This document shows, piece after piece, positions 1-18,198 of a DNA stretch of 64,000 nucleotides. The notes under the pieces were generated by a model. That model saw only the letters and a program-made list of their open reading frames with translations. It made no database searches and had not been told where the DNA came from. Each line of letters begins with the position of its first letter. Position 1 is the first letter of the stretch. The position numbers and the translations under genes are program-made. The stretch is from Anaeramoeba ignava BMAN (taxonomy: Eukaryota > Protista > Anaeramoebae), in the NCBI GenBank assembly GCA_028826165.1, contig JAPDFW010000063.1, positions 682,001 to 746,000 on the forward strand, written 5' to 3'.

Positions 1-1040
1 TCATTTTTCTCTTTTAATTTAAAAATTTCACATTCAAATTCAATTTCATCTTTAATTTCAAATTTAAATGTTTTATTGGGGTTAGATAAAATATTTTCTA
101 AATTTTTGAATGCTTTTTGTTTAGGTGTTTCAAGTTTTTGTCTGATTAAATCAATAATTTCTGGTAACGAAATGAAAATTTGTTTAATAGTTCTTGATTG
201 TTGATCTTGATTAAATCCAAGTGATGATTTCTTTTTCCAATTTTTTTCATTTTCTTTGATTAAATTAATTAATTTGCTTAAAGTTGTAATTCTTGATTTT
301 TCTTCTGATAAAAATTTTTCAAGTCTACTTCTAATATAATCAAAAGGTGCTTCAAAAATAAAAAACTCTTCATCAATCAAATCCATTACATTACTCCAAT
401 CGTCTGTATATTCTTTCATAAAATTGAATAATTGATCATTAAAAATTGGAACACCATCTCTTACTTCTTTTATAGGGAAAATATCTGAAAGGAATGAAAA
501 AAATTCTGGATTTAAACCTTGAATAAATTTTTGATAAAGGTTATAAAATGATTCAACATATTTTAAACTTTTAGTTTCTATTGATTTTCCAAAAATTGAT
601 TTAAATTCTTCAAATTCTTTATCTTTTAATTCAAATTTTTCACAAAAGTGAATAAAAACTGGATAATTTTGATTTGATTCTTTTCCAAATTCAAAAAAAG
701 GAAAGTAAAGTGAATTTGAATGGATTTTTCTTTCTATTGAATCACCAAATTGAAGGATATTTTTATTGGAAGAATCTTCAGTAATAACAAAATAAAAAGG
801 AACTTCTAATATTTTGTTTAAATCAAGTTGCAAATACCAAATTGATTCATTTTCGTTTAGTTGATCCATTTCATGAATTTCATTTTCATTTTCTTTTTCA
901 ATTTCTTTTTCTTTTTCTTTTTCTTTTTGTTTTTGTTTTTGAGGAATAACAATGAAAACTTTTTCTTTTTCTTTTTTCTTTTTAGGATCAATTAAAAGGG
1001 AAATTTGAATTAAATTTTGTTTTAAATTATTTAATTCCAT
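1..1040 (-). CDS. Hypothetical protein, partial (3' end runs off the window start)
   Basis: ATG at 1040 reads MELNNLKQNLIQISLLIDPKKKK... and stays open for the >180 codons I translated by hand. TCATT-type arrays lie upstream at about 1050-1070. No recognised domain. Confidence 0.7.
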   Translation of the reverse strand, partial: MELNNLKQNLIQISLLIDPKKKKEKEKVFIVIPQKQKQKEKEKEKEIEKENENEIHEMDQLNENESIWYLQLDLNKILEVPFYFVITEDSSNKNILQFGDSIERKIHSNSLYFPFFEFGKESNQNYPVFIHFCEKFELKDKEFEEFKSIFGKSIETKSLKYVESFYNLYQKFIQGLNPEFFSFLSDIFPIKEVRDGVPIFNDQLFNFMKEYTDDWSNVMDLIDEEFFIFEAPFDYIRSRLEKFLSEEKSRITTLSKLINLIKENEKNWKKKSSLGFNQDQQSRTIKQIFISLPEIIDLIRQKLETPKQKAFKNLENILSNPNKTFKFEIKDEIEFECEIFKLKEKN

Positions 1041-1486
1041 TTTTAAAAAAAAAATGAAAAAAAATGAATAAAAACTTTTTTATTTTTTTTATTTAAATTT
1101 AATTTTTTTGCCTGCATTTTATTTTAAATTAAATTTTTTTTATTTATTTTTTTTGGACACTTTTTTTCTTAATTTTTTTCAATTAGATCTATATTTAATA
1201 TTATTTGGATCATCTTTTAATGAAATGAATAAAATTAAATTTAAGAAAACAAATTACATTTTGAATTAACTTTTTTATTTTTTGCTTTTTTTTTTTTTAC
1301 AATTAATTGATTTCTTTATTAGAAAAAAATTAAAATAAAGTCAGACAACTCAAAAATAATTGTTTTTTAAATAATAAATTAAAAAACAATAAAAAGGAAT
1401 AATAAAATTTATTCAAAATTAATTTTAAAGAATTTTTTAATGGGAATTAATTAATTTAAATTATTTTATTTTTGAAAAAAACAATT

Positions 1487-3240
<1,754 letters not shown>

Positions 3241-3512
3241 AATTAAATTAAAAAAAAAGAAAAAAAAAAGCAAATTTTAGTAATGTTTAGTAAAAATGAA
3301 TAATGAACTTAAAAAAAAGAGTTTTAATAAAAAAAATAAATAAAATTTTTCTTTTTCATTTTTTTTCATTTTTTCTCATTTTTTTTTTCTATTGTTTTTA
3401 AATTAAAATTGAATTAAACAACAAAGAATCTCAATCAAAAAAAAAAATTAAAATTAAAATTTAAATTTAAAAAAGAAAAAGACAAAAAAAAAATTTTGAT
3501 AATTATAAATAA

Positions 3513-10161
<6,649 letters not shown>

Positions 10162-10371
10162 TTGAATTTTTTTCTTTTTTCTTTTTTCTTTTTTCTTTTT
10201 TTGGATCTCAAACTTTTTTCCATTTTATTGAATTTTTCCTTTTTTTTTTCTTTCTATTTTTTTTTTGAATCCATTTTATTTGAAACAATTTCAAAAATTC
10301 AAACTTGAAAAACAATTAATTTCTTATTTTTTTGATTTTAATAATTTTTCAATCCAAAAAATATAAAAAAA

Positions 10372-11377
10372 TTAAATGATTAATTGATTGATTGTTTCAA
10401 ATGATTTTCCTGAGTAATCATAAACTTGATGTGATTTCCCAACCTTCGAAATCATTCCTTTAAATAATTCACTTCTTAATAATAAAATTAATTTATGAAC
10501 TTTAATTTCTTTTTCATCTTCAACAATTATTGTAAAATCTTTTGTTTCATTTTTTTTATATAATTTTGATAAATCTTTTAATATTCCTTTTCTTCCTTTT
10601 TTAGTTTCAATCCAATTTGAACCAAATCCCATTGCTTTCACAAATTTTATTAAAATCTGTTTTGGTTTAAGCTTTTTTTTCTTCAATTCTTTTTTAGATT
10701 TTTTCATAAATTAATTCAAAATCAAAAAATCCTGTATAAAGAAAATTTAAAAAGAGTTCAACTTCTTCTTTTGTTTTTCTTTCACAAATTTCAATAAATT
10801 TTTCTAACAATTTTTCATCATTATTAAATCTTGTTAATAAAATCAATTTATGAACTTTGAATCGAAAAGAATCATTTGATTTTATCTGATAATCTGAGAA
10901 TTTATCATTTGATTTCAATAAATTATTCAAATCTATATTAATTGAAAAAACTTGAGTGAATATTTCGATAAACTCTTTTTTAAATGATTCTATTTTTAAA
11001 CTATGAAAATCAGCATCGTTCATTAACAAAAATCGAATTAATTTTTTATTTCGATTTTGAATTGAAATTGAGAGAGCTGTTTCTTTTTTTTTTGTTTTGG
11101 CATTAATATCAATTCCTTTTGAAATCAAATATTCAATAATTTGAATTGGATTATTCTTTGTTGCATAATGAATTGAGTTTCTTCCTTTTTTATCTTTCAT
11201 TTTTGGATCTAATTCTTTGCGAATTAAAAGTTCAATCATTTCTTTCGGGTTTTGCTTTTCAAAAGCAAATTGTAAAATTGATTTTCCTGTTTTATCTTTT
11301 AAATCTTTTTCTTCAATAAAATCAATTTCTTTTAATTTTTCAATATTATTTTCTTCAATAATTTTCCAAATGTTCAT
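10372..11377 (-). pseudogene. Internally deleted, frameshifted tandem duplicate of the ankyrin-BTB gene at 11425-16125
   Basis: Near-identical to the start, late-middle and end of the neighbouring gene. It carries a 3219-bp in-frame deletion of ankyrin repeats, a 341-bp frameshifting deletion near 10700 and a truncated 3' end, plus a few substitutions (YKKNE vs YQKNE). Confidence 0.85.
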
Positions 11378-11424
11378 TTTCTTTCTTTTTATTAAATAAA
11401 ATGAAAAAAAAAATGAAAAAAAAT

Positions 11425-14400
11425 TCAAATCATTTCAACTAAAATGGAATCAATAATTGAATTTTCATTTAATTGATAATAATCTTTTAAATCTCCATAT
11501 TCTTGAATCATTCTTGGGCTAATTTCTTTAATTTCTTTTTCAAATTTATCATTATAAAGAAAATAAATTAATTGATTGATTGTTTCAAATGATTTTCCTG
11601 AATAATCATAAACTTGATGTGATTTTCCAACCTTCGAAATCATTCCTTTAAATAATTCACTTCTTAATAATAAAATTAATTTATGAACTTTAATTTCTTT
11701 TTCATCTTCAACAATTATTGTAAAATCTTTTGTTTCATTTTTTTGATATAATTTTGATAAATCTTTTAATATTCCTTTTCTTCCTTTTTTAGTTTCAATC
11801 CAATTTGAACCAAATCCCATTGCTTTCACAAATTTTATTAAAATCTGTTTTGGTTTAAGCTTTTTTTTCTTCAATTCTTTTTTAGATTTTTTAGTTTTTT
11901 GATCGAATTCATAATAATTCCTCAATTTTTTCATTTTGAGTGATTTGTTGGAATCTTGTGAATTATTTCGCGAATTAGTTGGAGAAGTTTGGTATTCATT
12001 TGAATTTTGTGTATTATTTTTTGAAAAACTTGAAGTAGGTAAATAACTTAAATCCTCTGAATCACTTAAAAAAGATGAATCTTGTGAATTCTTTATAAAT
12101 GGTTCATCTATCAATTGTTCGAGATCACTTAAATCTTCAACATCACTAGAACTTTCTGTTTCAATTGAATAATTTGAATCACTTAAATCACTTGAATAGC
12201 TTGGATCATACAACTCTTTTGCAATTATTTTTTCATAAATTAATTCAAAATCAAAAAATCCTGTATAAAGAAAATTTAAAAAAAGTTCAACTTCTTCTTT
12301 TGTTTTTCTTTCACAAATTTCAATAAATTTTTCTAACAATTTTTCATCATTATTAAATCTTGTTAATAAAATCAATTTATGAACTTTGAATCGAAAAGAA
12401 TCATTTGATTTTATCTGATAATCTGAGAATTTATCATTTGATTTCAATAAATTATTCAAATCTATATTAATTGAAAAAACTTGAGTGAATATTTCGATAA
12501 ACTCTTTTTTAAATGATTCTATTTTTAAACTATGAAAATCAGCATCGTTCATTAACAAAAATCGAATTAATTTTTTATTTCGATTTTGAATTGAAATTGA
12601 GAGAGCTGTTTCTTTTTTTTTTGTTTTGGCATTAATATCAATTCCTTTTGAAACTAAATATTCAATAATTTCAAAAGATGAATTATATTTACATGCAATA
12701 TGCAAAGCTGTTTCATTATTAGATGTTTTTGCATTAATATCAATTCCTTTTGAAATTAAATATTTAATAAATTGAATTGAAATATTTGGATTTTGACAAG
12801 CATAATTCAAAACAGTATCAAAATATTTTCTTGAATTAATATCAATTCCTTTTGAAATCAAATATTCAATTATTTGAATTGAAATATTTGGATTTTGACA
12901 AGCATAATGTAAAATTGTTTCATTTCCATTTGTTCTTGAATTAATATCAATTCCTTTTGAAATCAAATATTCAATAATTTGAATTGAAATATTTGGATTT
13001 TGACAAGCATAATGTAAAATTGTTTCATTTCCATTTGTTTTTGAATTAATATCAATTCCTTTTGAAATCAAATATTCAATAATTTGAAGTGAAATATTTG
13101 GATTTTGACAAGCATAATGTAAAATTGTTTCATTTTCATTTGTTTTTGAATTAATATCAATTCCTTTTGAAATCAAATATTCAATAATTTGAATTGAAAT
13201 ATTTGAATTTGGATTTTGACAAGCATAATGCAAAATTGTTTCATTTTCATTTGTTCTTGAATTAATATCAATTCCTTTTGAAATTAAATACTTAATAAAT
13301 TGAAGTGAAATATCTGGATTTTGACAAGCATAATGTAAAATTGTTTCATTTTCATTTGTTTTTGAATTAATATCAATTCCTTTTGAAATTAAATAATGAA
13401 TAATTTGAAGTGAAATATTTGGATTTGGATTTTGACAAGCATAATGTAAAATTGTTTCATTTTCATTTGTTTTTGAATTAATATCAATTCCTTTTGAAAT
13501 TAAATAATGAATAATTTGAAGTGAAATATTTGGATTTTGATTTTGACAAGCATAATGTAAAATTGTTTCATTTTCATTTGTTTTTGAATTAATATCAATT
13601 CCTTTGAAAATTAAATATAGAATAATTTGAAGTGAAATATTTGGATTTTGACAAGCATAATGTAAAATTGTTTCATTTTCATTTGTTTTTGAATTAATAT
13701 CAATTCCTTTTGAAATCAAATACTGAATAATTTGAAGTGAAATATTTGGATTTTGACAAGCATAATGTAAAATTGTTTCATTTCCATTTGTTTTTGAATT
13801 AATATCAATTCCTTTTGAAATTAAATATTGAATAATTTGAAGTGGAATATTTGGATTTTGGCAAGCATAATGTAAAATTGTTTCATTTTTATTTGTTTTT
13901 GAATTAATATCAATTCCTTTTGAAATTAAATATTCAATAAATTGAAGTGAAATATTTGGATTTTGGCAAGCATAATGTAAAATTGTTTCATTGTTAATTG
14001 TTTTTGAATTAATATCAATTCCTTTTGAAATTAAATATTGAATAAATTGAATTGAAATATTTGGATTTTGACAAGCATAATGTAAAGCAGTTTCATTTTT
14101 ATTTGTTTTTGAATTAATATCAATTCCTTTTGAAATTAAATATTGAATAAATTGAATTGAAATATTTGGATTTTGACAAGCATAATGTAAAATTGTTTCA
14201 TTTTTATTTGTTTTTGAATTAATATCAATTCCTTTTTCAACTAAATATTGAATAATTTGAAGTGAAATATTTGGATTTTGACAAGCAAAATGTAAAGTTG
14301 TTTCGTTGGTAATTGTTTGGGAATTAATATCAATTCCTTTTTCAACTAAATACTGAATAATTTGAATTGAAATATTTGGATTTTGACAAGCATAATGTAA

Positions 14401-16125
14401 AATTGTTTCATTGTTAATTGTTTTTGAATAAATGTCAATTCCTTGTAAAATCAAATACTCAATAATTTGAAGTGAAATATTTGGATTTTGACAAGCATAA
14501 TGTAAAATTGTTTCATTTTTATTTGTTTTTGAATAAATATCAATTCCTTTTGAAATTAAATATTGAATAAATTGAATTGAAATATTTGGATTTTGACAAG
14601 CATAATGTAAAGCAGTTTCATTTTCATTTGCTTTTGAATTAATATTAATTCCTTTTGAAATTAAATATTCAATAATTTGGAGTGAAATATTTGGATTTTG
14701 GCAAACATAATGTAAAGCAGTTTCATTTTCATTTGCTTTTGCATAAATATCAATTCCTTTTGAAATTAAATATTCAATAATTTGAAGTGAAATATTTGGA
14801 TTTTGGCAAACATAATGTAAAGCTGTTTCATTGTTAATTGTTTTTGAATTAATATCAATTCCTTTTTCAACTAAATATTGAATAATTTGAAGTGAAATAT
14901 TTGGATTTTGGCAAGCAAAATGTAAAGTTGTTTCGTTGGTAATTGTTTTTGAATTAATATCAATTCCTTTTTCAACTAAATACTGAATAATTTGAAGTGA
15001 AATATTTGGATTTTGACAAGCAAAATGTAAAGTTGTTTCGTTGGTAATTGTTTGGGAATTAATATCAATTCCTTTTTCAACTAAATATTGAATAACTTCC
15101 ATTGAATTGTTTTCAGAGGCAAAATGTAAAATTGTTTCATTTTCATTTGTTTTTGAATTAATATCAATTCCTTTTGAAATCAAGTATTCAATAACTTCTA
15201 TTGAATTATTTTGGCAAGCAACGTGTAAAGCTGTTTCATTATTAATTGTTTTTGAATTAATATCAATTCCTTTTGAAATCAAGTATTCAATAACATCAAC
15301 TGATTTGTGTTTACAAGCAAAGTGTAAAGCTGTCTCGCGATCATTTGTTTTTGAATTAATATCAATTCTTTTTGAAATCAAGTATTCAATAACTTCCATT
15401 GAATTTTTTTCTGCTGCATAATGTAAAACTGTTTCATTATCATTTGTTTTTGCATAAATATCAATTCCTTTTGAAATCAAGTATTCAATAACTTCTATTG
15501 AATTATTTCGACAAGCATAATGTAAAACTGTTTCATTTTCATTTGTTTTTGCATAAATATCAATTCCTTTGGAAATCAAGTATTCAATAACTTCTATTGA
15601 ATTATTTCGACAAGCATAATGTAAAACTGTTTTATTTTTATTTGTTTTTGCATAAATATCAATTCCTTTTGAAATTAAATATTCAATAACTTCTATTGAA
15701 TTATATTGGCAAGCATAATGTAAAATTGTTTCATTTTCATCCGTTTTTGAATTAATATCAATTCCTTTTGAAATTAAATATTCAATAACTTCTATTGAAT
15801 TATATTGGCAAGCATAATGTAAAGCTGTTTTATTTTTGGTTGTACACTCATCTATATTCATCCCTTTTGAAATCAAATATTCAATAATTTGAATTGGATT
15901 ATTCTTTGTTGCATAATGAATTGAGTTTCTTCCTTTTTTATCTTTCATTTTTGGATCTAATTCTTTGCGAATTAAAAGTTCAATCATTTCTTTCGGGTTT
16001 TGCTTTTCAAAAGCAAATTGTAAAATTGATTTTCCTGTTTTATCTTTTAAATCTTTTTCTTCAATAAAATCAATTTCTTTTAATTTTTCAATATTATTTT
16101 CTTCAATAATTTTCCAAATGTTCAT
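11425..16125 (-). CDS. Intronless ankyrin-repeat protein (~34 repeats) with C-terminal BTB/POZ-like domains, 1566 aa
   Basis: Repeated NETILHYACQN...IEYLISKGIDINSKT units. BTB-like motifs FSDYQIK..FKVHKLIL and KDFTIIVE..IKVHKLILLLRSELFKGM. Confidence 0.93.
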   Translation of the reverse strand: MNIWKIIEENNIEKLKEIDFIEEKDLKDKTGKSILQFAFEKQNPKEMIELLIRKELDPKMKDKKGRNSIHYATKNNPIQIIEYLISKGMNIDECTTKNKTALHYACQYNSIEVIEYLISKGIDINSKTDENETILHYACQYNSIEVIEYLISKGIDIYAKTNKNKTVLHYACRNNSIEVIEYLISKGIDIYAKTNENETVLHYACRNNSIEVIEYLISKGIDIYAKTNDNETVLHYAAEKNSMEVIEYLISKRIDINSKTNDRETALHFACKHKSVDVIEYLISKGIDINSKTINNETALHVACQNNSIEVIEYLISKGIDINSKTNENETILHFASENNSMEVIQYLVEKGIDINSQTITNETTLHFACQNPNISLQIIQYLVEKGIDINSKTITNETTLHFACQNPNISLQIIQYLVEKGIDINSKTINNETALHYVCQNPNISLQIIEYLISKGIDIYAKANENETALHYVCQNPNISLQIIEYLISKGININSKANENETALHYACQNPNISIQFIQYLISKGIDIYSKTNKNETILHYACQNPNISLQIIEYLILQGIDIYSKTINNETILHYACQNPNISIQIIQYLVEKGIDINSQTITNETTLHFACQNPNISLQIIQYLVEKGIDINSKTNKNETILHYACQNPNISIQFIQYLISKGIDINSKTNKNETALHYACQNPNISIQFIQYLISKGIDINSKTINNETILHYACQNPNISLQFIEYLISKGIDINSKTNKNETILHYACQNPNIPLQIIQYLISKGIDINSKTNGNETILHYACQNPNISLQIIQYLISKGIDINSKTNENETILHYACQNPNISLQIILYLIFKGIDINSKTNENETILHYACQNQNPNISLQIIHYLISKGIDINSKTNENETILHYACQNPNPNISLQIIHYLISKGIDINSKTNENETILHYACQNPDISLQFIKYLISKGIDINSRTNENETILHYACQNPNSNISIQIIEYLISKGIDINSKTNENETILHYACQNPNISLQIIEYLISKGIDINSKTNGNETILHYACQNPNISIQIIEYLISKGIDINSRTNGNETILHYACQNPNISIQIIEYLISKGIDINSRKYFDTVLNYACQNPNISIQFIKYLISKGIDINAKTSNNETALHIACKYNSSFEIIEYLVSKGIDINAKTKKKETALSISIQNRNKKLIRFLLMNDADFHSLKIESFKKEFIEIFTQVFSINIDLNNLLKSNDKFSDYQIKSNDSFRFKVHKLILLTRFNNDEKLLEKFIEICERKTKEEVELFLNFLYTGFFDFELIYEKIIAKELYDPSYSSDLSDSNYSIETESSSDVEDLSDLEQLIDEPFIKNSQDSSFLSDSEDLSYLPTSSFSKNNTQNSNEYQTSPTNSRNNSQDSNKSLKMKKLRNYYEFDQKTKKSKKELKKKKLKPKQILIKFVKAMGFGSNWIETKKGRKGILKDLSKLYQKNETKDFTIIVEDEKEIKVHKLILLLRSELFKGMISKVGKSHQVYDYSGKSFETINQLIYFLYNDKFEKEIKEISPRMIQEYGDLKDYYQLNENSIIDSILVEMI

Positions 16126-16289
16126 TTTCTTTCTTTTTATTAAATAAAATGAAAAAAAAAATGAAAAAAAATTTTAACGAATCCAAAAAAATATAAAAAA
16201 AAAAAAGGAAAAAAAGTGGATATTTTTAAATTCTTTTAATAAAACAATTCAAAAAAAAAAAAACCAAAAACTTTATAAAAAAATAATTT

Positions 16290-16320
16290 TTTTTTCATTT
16301 TTTCATTTTTTCATTTTTTT
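16290..16320 (+). promoter_or_regulatory. Tandem TTTCATTT initiator-like array upstream of MRE11 (representative of arrays before most genes)
   Basis: Sense-oriented TCATT repeats occur shortly upstream of many ATGs in the window and resemble the TCAYT Inr element. Confidence 0.55.
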
Positions 16321-16344
16321 CTTTTAAAATCAAAAAAAATAAAA

Positions 16345-18108
16345 ATGGAAAATAAAAATAAAAATAAAAATAATAAAAATAATAAAAATAATAAACTTAA
16401 GATATTAATAATTTCAGATAATCATATTGGATTTAGAGAAAATAATCGAATTGTTTATAATGACCCTAATTCAGCATTAGAAGAATTACTTAAATTTGGG
16501 AAAGAAAACAAAGTTGATTTAATACTTAATTGTGGAGATCTTTTTGAAATTTCACATCCATCTAAAAAATCACAAAATGCAGTGATTCAATTAGTTAAAA
16601 AATATTGTTTTGGAAATGAACCACCAAATTTTATTTTAAATGAATCAAATTTAAATGAATCAAATTTAAATGAATCAAATTTAAATGAATCAAATTTAAA
16701 TGAATCAAATTTAAATCAATTAAATTTAAATCAATCAAATCAAGTTGAAATATCAATTTTTTCAAATCAAAATATTCAAAATAATCAAAATAATCAAAAT
16801 ATTCAAAATATTCAAAATATTCAAAATATTCAAAATATTCAAAATAACCAAAATATTCAAAATATTCAAAAATCTTTTTTGGATCCACAAATTCATGTCT
16901 CAATTCCAATTTTTTCAATAAATGGAAATCATGATAATGGAGATCCTACACCAATTGAAATCTTATCAAATTCTGGATATGTTCATTTTTTTGGGAAATG
17001 CCCTAAAAATTACAAACTCAAACCTCTAGAAATAATAAAAGGAAAAACACACTTAAGTTTATATGGGATTGAATACATTTCACCAACTGAATCAAACAAG
17101 AAAAAAATGCAACAAATACAATTTGAAGATCCACAAAATGAATCAAACAAAACATTCAAACTTTTAATAATGCATCAAGAGGATTCAAAGCAACAAAACC
17201 CTTTTAACTTTGAATTTTTCAAGGAGAAAATGGACTTCATTGTTCTTGGTCATTTGCACCAAACAAACAATCCAAAACAAGGTGCAAAATTTCTTATTCC
17301 AGGATCATCAATTTGCCAAAAACTTGATAAACGCGAATTGGTTGAAAAACTTTTTTGGGTTCTTGAAATTGAAGAGCAAAACTTCACTTTTAAATCTTAT
17401 CCGTTCCAAACACAACGACAATTTCTTTATCACAAAATGAAAAAACCACCACGAAATTTAAAGGAATCTTTACAAAAAAAACTTGAAAAATTAGTTAATG
17501 AATCAAGAAAGAAAAAATTTCCTGATTTTGGTGATCAAGATTGGATATATCCTCCAATTTCTCCTGAAAAACCACTTATTCGTATTAAATATCCATTGAA
17601 AGAAAATTCAGATGGAGATCTTATTGATACTGAAAAAATAGTATCTCCATATCAAGACCAAATTGCAAATCCACAAACAGTTTTTCTTAGTTATGAAATT
17701 GAAGATGGAAATGTTCCAAATATGGAAATTGAAGAAGATAAGCAAGAAAAACTTGATTCAATCCATGAAATTTGGTTCAATCAAATTCACAATAAAAATG
17801 ACCCCTTTTTGAATGAAATTGTTACTGATCCTTTTTATCTGAAAAATTTTATTGGAGAAAGAGCAAATTTTCAAAAAAGTATTTATGAGTTTTTGGGTAT
17901 ATCAAATAAAAAAGAAAAACAAAAAAATTTTCAATCAAAATCAAATTTGATCAAATCAAAAACTGACTTTATTCAAGAAAATGGTGAATCAACAACAAAA
18001 GAAAAACAAAAAACAAAAACAAAAACAAAAACAAAAACAAGAGGAAGAGGAAGAGGAAGAGGAAAAGGAAAAGAAAAAGAAAAAGGAAAAGGAAGAAAGA
18101 AAAAATAA
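16345..18108 (+). CDS. MRE11: Mre11-family DNA repair nuclease, divergent
   Basis: Phosphoesterase motifs SDNHIG, GDLF, SIPIFSINGNHD, HQ, GHLH and PGSS; KPLIRIK capping-domain motif; C-terminal RGRGRG (GAR-like) tail. Confidence 0.85.
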   Translation: MENKNKNKNNKNNKNNKLKILIISDNHIGFRENNRIVYNDPNSALEELLKFGKENKVDLILNCGDLFEISHPSKKSQNAVIQLVKKYCFGNEPPNFILNESNLNESNLNESNLNESNLNESNLNQLNLNQSNQVEISIFSNQNIQNNQNNQNIQNIQNIQNIQNIQNNQNIQNIQKSFLDPQIHVSIPIFSINGNHDNGDPTPIEILSNSGYVHFFGKCPKNYKLKPLEIIKGKTHLSLYGIEYISPTESNKKKMQQIQFEDPQNESNKTFKLLIMHQEDSKQQNPFNFEFFKEKMDFIVLGHLHQTNNPKQGAKFLIPGSSICQKLDKRELVEKLFWVLEIEEQNFTFKSYPFQTQRQFLYHKMKKPPRNLKESLQKKLEKLVNESRKKKFPDFGDQDWIYPPISPEKPLIRIKYPLKENSDGDLIDTEKIVSPYQDQIANPQTVFLSYEIEDGNVPNMEIEEDKQEKLDSIHEIWFNQIHNKNDPFLNEIVTDPFYLKNFIGERANFQKSIYEFLGISNKKEKQKNFQSKSNLIKSKTDFIQENGESTTKEKQKTKTKTKTKTRGRGRGRGKGKEKEKGKGRKKK

Positions 18109-18198
18109 GAATAAGAATAAGAATATTTTTTTTTTTGGATTTTCTTCTTCTTTTTTTTGATTTAAAATTCAAAATTCAAAAAATCAAAAATTATCTTC

